A stretch of 53,582 bases of DNA from a virus (Duplodnaviria > Caudoviricetes): positions 1 to 53,582 of the IMG/VR virus record IMGVR_UViG_3300006105_001565, one strand, 5' to 3'. A program made the translations under genes and the position numbers. Below the pieces are notes generated by a model. It had not been told where the DNA came from and did no database searches. It was given only the letters and a program-made list of their open reading frames with translations. This document shows, piece by piece, positions 46,113 through 53,582 of the stretch (within the stretch, counting starts at the first letter, position 1; every line of letters begins with the position of its first letter).

Positions 46113-46262
46113 TTATGAATGTTTGTTTACCATATATTTGATAAAATTCGTAACGATTGTTTTTACTTGAGTTTTTTGTGGGTCGGTAAGTGGTGTTAGC
46201 GTTCTATTTTTAGAATCAGCTAATGATATTGTTTTATATACCGGTTTACTAGGTGCTGCCAT
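46113..46262 (-). CDS. Small 49-aa protein (not in ORF track)
   Basis: MAAPSKPVYKTISLADSKNRTLTPLTDPQKTQVKTIVTNFIKYMVNKHS; 8 nt after the upstream stop, 3 nt before the next ATG. Confidence 0.75.
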   Translation of the reverse strand: MAAPSKPVYKTISLADSKNRTLTPLTDPQKTQVKTIVTNFIKYMVNKHS

Positions 46263-46270
46263 TTTAAAAA

Positions 46271-48178
46271 TTATTTATTATGTACTAATATATTATTAGC
46301 AAAAAAGTTATGGTTATCTTGAACCGTTATGATATATGTTTGTGTATCTTCTGGTTTTAACACTCTAATTTCTTTAATTGCTGTTTGACCGCCAGTTGCT
46401 AATCTTACTAAATCACCTAATTGGATTTTCTTAACATCCTTGTCGATTTTGTATCTATTATTTGTCCATTCAGGTATAAATGATGCTAAACCTAAACCAT
46501 TCACATAGATAGGATGGTCGAAAGTACAAGTTAATTGTGTATCATTTGAGAATGTATACGTCACCAAATCATTATGTACAGGTGAATTCAATCCGATCAC
46601 TTTTTTTGGTTCTATCATTAATGTATTTTCATTGTAAGAAAGAACTTCATCACCTTCCTCAATTTCTTCTATATTTTTTGTTGAACCACCTTCCAATGTT
46701 ACTTTAGTTCCCGCAACAAAACAAGTTCCTAAGTTGTGAGTGATGAAAAATGACATAAAATTACCACTCTCCAAAATGAAGTTATCGTATGGGTCCATAC
46801 TTGGAATGTAATATGTTTGTTGGTCATCATAAATTAAAACATCAATTGATGTAATTTGATTTGAGAAACTACTTTCTCCTAATACTGAGTAACCTAATTC
46901 CAAATCTAATGCTCTCACAAATCTTGTTTCATCTGTGGTTGGGTTGTAAACTAACATTTGCGTTTCTCCACCAACTTCAATGTCGCTACCGTCAGCAAAT
47001 GTGATATAAGTTCCGTCATTTGCATATGATTGATTAGTATATAAAGCTACACAAGTTGAACCAGTTTGGAATGAACCGGATGGTAATGTGTTACCTGTGA
47101 AGAAGTATGTATCTAATAAATCGTAATTATCTGTTTCAGGAATACCTTCAATATGATAAGATTGGTATTCATCACCAATTACTAAGTTAGTAACAGAAAT
47201 TGAATTACCACTTATATCAAGTATGTATTCATTATCTAATATACCGTGTGCACTATTCTTAATGTGGTTTGTTGCAAATTCATAATAATGCTTGGAATCG
47301 ATTAAATTATTTATAACACTATCATCATAATTTATGGATGTTGGTAGTGTGAATAAAGAATCAATTTGATATTGAGAAACATAACAAAGTTGTAAACCAC
47401 TGTCATCAATAGAGGTTGCTGTTTCGCTACCACTATCTACACTATCAGCAGCTCCTGTTACGTTGTAAACAATTTGGAAGCTACGAATACTGTTAACTGT
47501 ATTGTTTGTTATCTGTGACTGATCGATATGGTATTGTTCAATCATTGTATCAGGCGTTGCAACTGTGTTTATAAATTCATTATATCTATCTAATGAGCCT
47601 GAAATTGAATTACCTATCTTATAAAATTGATGTGGCTGGTGTAATTCCAAAACCGTTTTAGTAACAACATCAGGTAAAACATCACCATTGAAAATGGTTG
47701 TGTCTAAAGTATTGTAATTACCATAAAGAGAGGATGAATGATAGAATGCTGTAACTGAATTACTATCTGAATTATCAGCAAATAACTTTAACGTATTCAA
47801 TGTTCCTTTTGCATATTCAGAATCTAAAATAGCTGTTTCATCATATGCCATTCTCAATATGAACTTATTCGGAGCATCATCTGGTGAAGTTGGAAAAATT
47901 GAACTCTCAGGAACTACTATAGGGTTAAATGTCGTAATGAAAGAAGCTGAATCAATTAAAGATTGGGATAAATGGTTGATTATAGGTTGTTGAAGTTCTA
48001 TTTTATATAGAACGTCCAATTCCGTAATATTTGAACCGCTGAGTACTCCTATGAAGTCGCTCCAGTCAAAGGATGACATTTGCGATTCTACAGCACCGGT
48101 ATCAGTATTTATCTCAATTAATCTTAAATTCTCATTTTTATCAATTACAAAATCCGCAGAAAAAAAAGTTCCTTTCAT
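46271..48178 (-). CDS. Circularly permuted ATP-grasp-like domain fused to two tandem Hint domains
   Basis: N-term SADFVID...LRLIEINTDTG; Hint2 CFVAGT...TFDHP...LVHN (aa 486-634); degenerate Hint1 aa 312-482 ending ITHN. Confidence 0.75.
   Translation of the reverse strand: MKGTFFSADFVIDKNENLRLIEINTDTGAVESQMSSFDWSDFIGVLSGSNITELDVLYKIELQQPIINHLSQSLIDSASFITTFNPIVVPESSIFPTSPDDAPNKFILRMAYDETAILDSEYAKGTLNTLKLFADNSDSNSVTAFYHSSSLYGNYNTLDTTIFNGDVLPDVVTKTVLELHQPHQFYKIGNSISGSLDRYNEFINTVATPDTMIEQYHIDQSQITNNTVNSIRSFQIVYNVTGAADSVDSGSETATSIDDSGLQLCYVSQYQIDSLFTLPTSINYDDSVINNLIDSKHYYEFATNHIKNSAHGILDNEYILDISGNSISVTNLVIGDEYQSYHIEGIPETDNYDLLDTYFFTGNTLPSGSFQTGSTCVALYTNQSYANDGTYITFADGSDIEVGGETQMLVYNPTTDETRFVRALDLELGYSVLGESSFSNQITSIDVLIYDDQQTYYIPSMDPYDNFILESGNFMSFFITHNLGTCFVAGTKVTLEGGSTKNIEEIEEGDEVLSYNENTLMIEPKKVIGLNSPVHNDLVTYTFSNDTQLTCTFDHPIYVNGLGLASFIPEWTNNRYKIDKDVKKIQLGDLVRLATGGQTAIKEIRVLKPEDTQTYIITVQDNHNFFANNILVHNK
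46277..46723 (-). other. Hint domain 2 (intact Cys1, TxxH, terminal HN, +1 Lys)
   Basis: CFVAGTKV...IEEGDEVLSY; LTCTFDHP; TYIITVQDNHNFFANNILVHN. Confidence 0.92.
46733..47245 (-). other. Hint domain 1 (Gly at position 1, no TxxH, terminal HN retained)
   Basis: GILDNEYILDISGNSISVTNLVIGDEYQSY aligns without gaps to the Hint2 start; YITFADGS; FVRALDLELG; ends FFITHN. Confidence 0.7.
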
Positions 48179-48197
48179 GATATTTAACCTGTTTTTA

Positions 48198-48205
48198 TAT
48201 AAATA
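48198..48205 (-). promoter_or_regulatory. Putative late promoter TATTTATA
   Basis: 19 nt upstream of the ATP-grasp/Hint gene ATG. Confidence 0.55.
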
Positions 48206-48208
48206 TAA

Positions 48209-49051
48209 CTAAAATAATTCTTTTTTGGAAGCGTTTTTCAAAATATAGTCGGTTGGGACAACTGGATTCTTATACTTCTGAGGACCACAATAATGATGAT
48301 AAAAATCACCCTTTTTACCTAATTCGTGACATAAATGGGAAGTTGTGAACCCATAGTGGTTCCCTATCAAAGTTAAAAGATATTGAGCGCCAACCATTGT
48401 AGCATAAAATGGGTCTATTTCCGCGATGTGTTCTTTTATGAAAGATTCATATTTCTTCCATTTTTCAACATACAAATCCTTAAATTTTTCGTTTTTTATA
48501 TATAAAAGGCCAATATTCATCACCGGTATTCTTTCACCCGACCATTCTGGTATCAAATCTTTTATCCTCATCTCAGTCAGATTTTTAACTGTTTTTTTAT
48601 ATTGTCCATTCCAAGTAACATATTCAAACGAATCAAAAACTATGTCAGGTGTGTTTATCTTAGTAATTGTGTCGATTGTAGGTTTATATTCCTTTGACCA
48701 GTTGAGATGTTCAAATGAGTCGAAAACAACGTCAGAATCTAATTGTGGTAATTTTTTGTGGATTATTAAATCGCCATCTATTAAACAAAAATCATCATTT
48801 CTTTCTGAGAGAACTTTAATTTTAAAATGATCCCATAAAGGTGAATTCAAATAACCTTCAGTTACGATTATCTCATCTGCGATGTTCTCAAAATATTTTA
48901 CAGAATTGATATCAACATAGATTATAGTATGATAACCAAATTTTTTTGCCTCAGTAATTGATAATATATAATAATTAATTAATATGGTTTGTTTCTCTTT
49001 ACTTGGGTTTTGTAAATTAACTTTGCTATCATATGTCCAAATTAGTTTCAT
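48209..49051 (-). CDS. GT-A-like protein (DGD family, paralog 1)
   Basis: MKLIWTY, LSI..AK.FG, WDHFK, LIDGD, NIG.L, AQYLL, HYCG..K. Confidence 0.7.
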   Translation of the reverse strand: MKLIWTYDSKVNLQNPSKEKQTILINYYILSITEAKKFGYHTIIYVDINSVKYFENIADEIIVTEGYLNSPLWDHFKIKVLSERNDDFCLIDGDLIIHKKLPQLDSDVVFDSFEHLNWSKEYKPTIDTITKINTPDIVFDSFEYVTWNGQYKKTVKNLTEMRIKDLIPEWSGERIPVMNIGLLYIKNEKFKDLYVEKWKKYESFIKEHIAEIDPFYATMVGAQYLLTLIGNHYGFTTSHLCHELGKKGDFYHHYCGPQKYKNPVVPTDYILKNASKKELF

Positions 49052-49819
49052 TTATATAATTGTTTTTTTTAACATATCATCTATATTATTAAATCGAGGT
49101 CTAAGGTGTTTCATTTCGGGGTCCTTATCACTATAAAATGTGTGTCCAATTAATCTCATCTGTAAGCTATCTCTATTGTTATTAAATCTCGTATTCATTA
49201 AAGCAATGCTCATTAATAAACCTTCAGCTCTTCCAGTTGGAACGTTTCCGTATTCCATATCATTTTCAATTGCAAGGTCTTTAAGTTTATCATAGAAATC
49301 GAAAAATTCATCCATATATTCCGATTTTCTAATCAGAAAAATAGATTCGTGTATTGGTGTAGCTTTATCAATTTCATAATTATTTTTTCTACAATAATCC
49401 TCTAATTTTTTGAAGTAATTATCTTTTGGCATATGTTCATAATACATCCAACCCATTCTCCACCAAAAAAAATAATGGAAACCTGGTTCAAATGAAAGAG
49501 TTTTATATAAATTAAAATCTATCAAACAATCAACATCCAAATAAAGTACTGTATCGTGTTTTTCCAATGCTATTTTACATATCTCTAATTTATCTGAATA
49601 AGATGGTATATCTTTTTCATATTTAAAAACATTGATATTGAAACTTTCAAATATCTCTGGATTATCTGTCAAAAGGTATATTTCAAAATCTGTTTCTTCT
49701 TTCAATTTTTTTATCAAATTGAGTGCGTGATTATAATATGAATCATCTCTTTTTTTATGTATAACTCCTCCCCCCATTTTATCAGTAGAAAAACAAAATA
49801 AAGAAATTACCTTTTCCAT
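49052..49819 (-). CDS. GT-A-like protein
   Basis: LLTD, SDK, YLDVD, EG motifs. Confidence 0.6.
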   Translation of the reverse strand: MEKVISLFCFSTDKMGGGVIHKKRDDSYYNHALNLIKKLKEETDFEIYLLTDNPEIFESFNINVFKYEKDIPSYSDKLEICKIALEKHDTVLYLDVDCLIDFNLYKTLSFEPGFHYFFWWRMGWMYYEHMPKDNYFKKLEDYCRKNNYEIDKATPIHESIFLIRKSEYMDEFFDFYDKLKDLAIENDMEYGNVPTGRAEGLLMSIALMNTRFNNNRDSLQMRLIGHTFYSDKDPEMKHLRPRFNNIDDMLKKTII

Positions 49820-50568
49820 TATATAAAAATTTTAGATTGAAATTGAATTATGTGAGTAGATGGAACTGGAGGCGATTGGTATTTAATATTCCCTACATAG
49901 TGTTTATAATAGTTATTTTTCTCTGAAAATTTTTCAGACATACAAGTTGGTGTGATATTATTTTTTTCACATAAAAGACCTAACAAATATTGAGCACCCA
50001 TACAAGCCCTATTTTTATTTGAAAGATGTTCTTTGTTTTTATATATAAAATCACCATATTTTTTAAATCTATCAAGATAAAGCATTCTGAAGTCACGATC
50101 CTTTATGTAAAGAAAACCTGTATTAATAATTGGTGTTTTTTTATTTTCCCATTCGGGAATTAAATCTTTTATTTTCAAATTAGTTAATTCCTCAACATTC
50201 AACGCATATTCCACTTCCCAAGAATTATATTCTATAGCATCAATGTACATTTCATTATTTAACTCAGGTAATTTGGTTTCTAATATAATGTCACCATCAA
50301 TTAACGCAAAATCGTTTTTTTCGTTCTCTAAAGCAGATATTTTAAAACCATCCCATAAAAGTGTTTTATTAGATGGGTTCAAAATGTACACTTCGTCTGC
50401 TAAATTATAAAAGTGTTTTGAAGATTCTAAATCGGTATATATAACCGTGTAATGCCCATATTTTTTTGCTCTTGATATTGAAAGGATATAAAAATTCAGC
50501 ATAAGAATTTTTTTACTCTCATCATTAATAGTGGGTGGGTTACTGTTATATGTCCAAACTAATCTCAT
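49819..50568 (-). CDS. GT-A-like protein (DGD family, paralog 2)
   Basis: MRLVWTY, IYTD, WDGFK, LIDGD, NTGF, AQYLL, HYVG..K. Confidence 0.7.
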   Translation of the reverse strand: MRLVWTYNSNPPTINDESKKILMLNFYILSISRAKKYGHYTVIYTDLESSKHFYNLADEVYILNPSNKTLLWDGFKISALENEKNDFALIDGDIILETKLPELNNEMYIDAIEYNSWEVEYALNVEELTNLKIKDLIPEWENKKTPIINTGFLYIKDRDFRMLYLDRFKKYGDFIYKNKEHLSNKNRACMGAQYLLGLLCEKNNITPTCMSEKFSEKNNYYKHYVGNIKYQSPPVPSTHIIQFQSKIFI

Positions 50569-51323
50569 ATCATCGATTTTTGATTATTCGATCCCAACAA
50601 ATAATTATCAGGTACTAATGGGGTAATAAATTTTGTGTGTCCAACATAATGTGTATAGTATTTTCCTTTTTTTGCAAATCCGTCGGACATACTAATAGGT
50701 TTTATGTTGAAAACTTCACATAATAAAGACAAAAGTAATTGACTAGTAAAACTAGCAGAATTTTTATCAGTTAGTTTATCTTTATTATCCGACACAAATT
50801 GACCATATTTTTTCCATCTATCTATATATGTTTCTAAAAAGTTTTTATTTTTTATATGTAAAAATCCGTTATTCATAATAGGTAACTTTTTATTACTCCA
50901 TTCGGGTAAAATATTTTTAATCCCTAAATTTGTTAATTCTATAACGGTGTTTTCATAATCATTTTTCCAAGAACCGAATTCAAATGCGTCAACATATAAT
51001 TCCTCAGTTAACAACGGCAATTTGCTGTGTAAAATTATATCACCATCAATAAGGGCATAATCATCCGTTTCCCTTTCCATCGCAACTATTTTGAAATCGT
51101 CCCATAATATTTCATAATCATAACCTTCAATTATGTGCATTTCATCAACAATATCTTTGAAATATTTTTCAGAAAACGAATCAGTATAAATTATGGTTTT
51201 ATAACCAAATTCTTTGGCTTTCAATATTGATAATATATAATAATTGATTCTGATAATGGTTTTATCCTTCTCAGTTTCTTTTATATGTAAAGGGTTGCTC
51301 TTATATGTCCAAACCAATCTCAT
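50565..51323 (-). CDS. GT-A-like protein (DGD family, paralog 3)
   Basis: MRLVWTY, IYTD, WDDFK, LIDGD, NNGF, HYVG..K. Confidence 0.7.
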   Translation of the reverse strand: MRLVWTYKSNPLHIKETEKDKTIIRINYYILSILKAKEFGYKTIIYTDSFSEKYFKDIVDEMHIIEGYDYEILWDDFKIVAMERETDDYALIDGDIILHSKLPLLTEELYVDAFEFGSWKNDYENTVIELTNLGIKNILPEWSNKKLPIMNNGFLHIKNKNFLETYIDRWKKYGQFVSDNKDKLTDKNSASFTSQLLLSLLCEVFNIKPISMSDGFAKKGKYYTHYVGHTKFITPLVPDNYLLGSNNQKSMI

Positions 51324-52147
51324 TATATTAATTTATTCTTTGTTATATTCATATAAGTACCATCTCTCAAAGGATATGAATTAAATCCAATATTGGTTAG
51401 AGTATCAAATATTTTATTCTTCAGATTTATTGTTCTATTGGGTAACATCGAACTACCTTGGAATGTGAAACCGTAGAAATCCTCCACATTATCTTGTTGA
51501 GCATTCAAACTATTCCCCCAATTAACATAAGAATAAAAAACCTTGATCGGCATAAAATATTCCAACTCCATATCTGATATTGTTAAATTGAATAAATAAT
51601 CTTCGGGCATAATACCTCTACCATATCTTTCAACCACTTTTTCATTATAATAGTCGTTGTTTAAAACTCTATGGAATAATTGCTTATAGAAATCTGTCTT
51701 TTCAAATCTCATAAAACCAGTATAACTTGAATACAATCTTTTTAAGTTATGTCTCTTCATCAACGTGTCAGGGTCTTCAAAGAACGGGTTTATAATTGAA
51801 TCAACCATTTTTTCACCATCATAATAACCATCAATACAAAATGGTTGTTTATCAAAGAAGACACTTATATCCTTAAAGATTATTGTGTCTGCATCAATGA
51901 ATATCGTATTGAAAAAAGGGGTATAATCAATCAAATGATGTCGGAAAGAATATGGGTCTTCAATTTTTTCTATATAAATTGGATGATTAACCATTTCGTT
52001 TAAATGATATTTGCTGAACCACTCTTTGTTATCATAGACTAAGGCCAATTCAATATTAGAGAACATTCGAATAGTTCTAAATAAAATTTCTACCCATTGG
52101 TAGTAAATTTCTTCGTTAACTGATATTGAAATCACTCCTTTACTCAT
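51323..52147 (-). CDS. GT8-like glycosyltransferase
   Basis: TPF..TIFIDADT...DIS..F; TG.M.F. Confidence 0.65.
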   Translation of the reverse strand: MSKGVISISVNEEIYYQWVEILFRTIRMFSNIELALVYDNKEWFSKYHLNEMVNHPIYIEKIEDPYSFRHHLIDYTPFFNTIFIDADTIIFKDISVFFDKQPFCIDGYYDGEKMVDSIINPFFEDPDTLMKRHNLKRLYSSYTGFMRFEKTDFYKQLFHRVLNNDYYNEKVVERYGRGIMPEDYLFNLTISDMELEYFMPIKVFYSYVNWGNSLNAQQDNVEDFYGFTFQGSSMLPNRTINLKNKIFDTLTNIGFNSYPLRDGTYMNITKNKLI

Positions 52148-52913
52148 GTATAAAATATAAATCTTTTTTTATGAATTTTGAGATGTATTGATTCAATCTT
52201 CCTTGGTTGAAATGATCCTCTCTTTTTGCATTGCAAACTAAGGGCTCAAATCTTTTTATATAACCCTCTAAATCCTTACATAATTTTTTACTATATTCAT
52301 TGAAAGTCATCTCATCACAAACAATACCTATTTTCAATTCATCATTTATCTTTATTAAATCATCCATTACCTTTGGATTTGTGCAATATATAAAGCTCGC
52401 ATTTGGAGTAACATATGAATCATCCCATTCATAGTGAAATTTTTCAAGATACTCTAACTGTCTGTCAATGTAATCCCAATTTATATCTTTTGGATTATAC
52501 ATTGTTTGCAATAATGATTTGTATTTTTTGGGGAAAGAATAAGCCGGCATTTGTATCTCGTTATCCTGTTCTCTTAGTTTCAAATAAAAATTATCGTCAA
52601 TGTCTTTTATTTGTCTACAATCCCAATCCAAAAAAACCACTTCACCATATTTTTTACAACCCTCTCTAACCGCAACTAATTTATGTAACAAAAATGTATC
52701 TGAGTTTATAAAATAATCTTCACCATATTCGGAAGACTTATCCGACATTTTAATGATATCAAAACCTAAAGATTTCAAATAATCACAATTTTCATTACCC
52801 CAAACAAACACAACTTCATTTAATTTTTTATTTTTAGATGCGCGTCTAATTTCTATCTTGTGTCTGCCACCAAAATTTTCTAAATTACCCCAATATGCTC
52901 TTATGAATTTCAT
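52140..52913 (-). CDS. GT-A-like protein (DWD family, paralog A)
   Basis: HKL, FLDWDC, PNASFIYC, DE, YF.H. Confidence 0.65.
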   Translation of the reverse strand: MKFIRAYWGNLENFGGRHKIEIRRASKNKKLNEVVFVWGNENCDYLKSLGFDIIKMSDKSSEYGEDYFINSDTFLLHKLVAVREGCKKYGEVVFLDWDCRQIKDIDDNFYLKLREQDNEIQMPAYSFPKKYKSLLQTMYNPKDINWDYIDRQLEYLEKFHYEWDDSYVTPNASFIYCTNPKVMDDLIKINDELKIGIVCDEMTFNEYSKKLCKDLEGYIKRFEPLVCNAKREDHFNQGRLNQYISKFIKKDLYFIHE

Positions 52914-53582
52914 TACTTATGTATAAAATATATTTCTTTATTTATTAAATTATCCTTGTACTGGTTAAACTTTTCTTCCTCTTCTTGCCACCATTTATGA
53001 TTTTGTTCTTTACCACCGATAATTAATGGCTCCAATAGTGATATGTATCGATCTAAGTTAATGTTGTTTTCTTTTGCGTACAGAAAAACAGCAAATTCAT
53101 CAGGAACTGTTTCTAATTTATATTCTTTCGCTATTTCAAAAAGTCTTTCTGTTATTTTACTATCCCTACAATATATAAAACCAGTGTTTGGTATAATAAA
53201 ATTTTCATTTAATTGATAAGAATATTCCATAACGAATTCTTTTAACTTACAAAAAAATGGGTTTGTGTTTTCGTTTTTACTACTTTCAATTAACCAATCT
53301 AACGCATATTTTGGATATGCGTATAAAGGAACTTTTAATTCAAATCCATTAGATAGTAGTTTATAAAAATTGTCATCTAATTCTTTTATTTTTCTACAAT
53401 CCCAATCTACAAATATTATTTCACCGAAATCTTTAATTGCTATGTCTATACACTTCAATTTATGTATCAGGCTACCATAACTGTATAAAGGATGATTATT
53501 AGCTATTGTATAATCATATGGTTCTTCTGATATCAATGTACAATCAAACCCAAACTTAGAAATTAGATTAAAATTATTCTTA
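52913..53582 (-). CDS. GT-A-like protein (DWD family, paralog B), 5' end outside window
   Basis: HKL, FVDWDC, PNTGFIYC, DE; the frame stays open past the TTG at 53536 to the window edge. Confidence 0.65.
   Translation of the reverse strand, partial: KNNFNLISKFGFDCTLISEEPYDYTIANNHPLYSYGSLIHKLKCIDIAIKDFGEIIFVDWDCRKIKELDDNFYKLLSNGFELKVPLYAYPKYALDWLIESSKNENTNPFFCKLKEFVMEYSYQLNENFIIPNTGFIYCRDSKITERLFEIAKEYKLETVPDEFAVFLYAKENNINLDRYISLLEPLIIGGKEQNHKWWQEEEEKFNQYKDNLINKEIYFIHK

Noticed and set aside
46271-46723. Classical splicing intein or polymorphic toxin pre-toxin Hint
   Set aside because: Only one Lys follows HN: there is no C/S/T +1 nucleophile, no C-extein or toxin domain, and no homing endonuclease
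1-53582. Stop-codon reassignment as in some large phages
   Set aside because: Code 11 yields full-length, tightly packed genes with intact motifs

Overview
This is a very AT-rich, gene-dense 53.6-kb segment of a large (jumbo-type) tailed phage genome using genetic code 11. The host is probably Bacteroidota: TAnnTTTG-type promoters, A-rich leaders without Shine-Dalgarno sites, and phage-encoded outer-membrane proteins point that way. The left half (mostly minus strand) holds accessory metabolism and many small ORFs: a PRS-like plus NAMPT-like pair resembling the NARP1 NAD+ reconstitution module, HAD phosphatases, thyA, a metallophosphoesterase, a three-domain peptidoglycan hydrolase, IscA, two PcfJ-like proteins, an HldD-like epimerase and two DNA methyltransferases. 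The right half (26-53 kb) is a very large modification island. It carries GT4/GT2/GT-A glycosyltransferases, nucleotide-sugar epimerases, O-methyltransferases, an Aah/TibC-type protein heptosyltransferase fusion, and a stand-alone mini-gene resembling part of a T4 gp23 capsid protein. The best candidate for a new system is a late-promoter operon. It is headed by a circularly permuted ATP-grasp-like protein fused to two tandem Hint domains with complementary catalytic residues flanking a 3-residue linker (HN-LGT-CF). Behind it lie an unannotated 49-aa ORF, four 2OG-Fe(II) oxygenases and two radical SAM enzymes. All family calls are by-eye motif recognition; no database searches were run.
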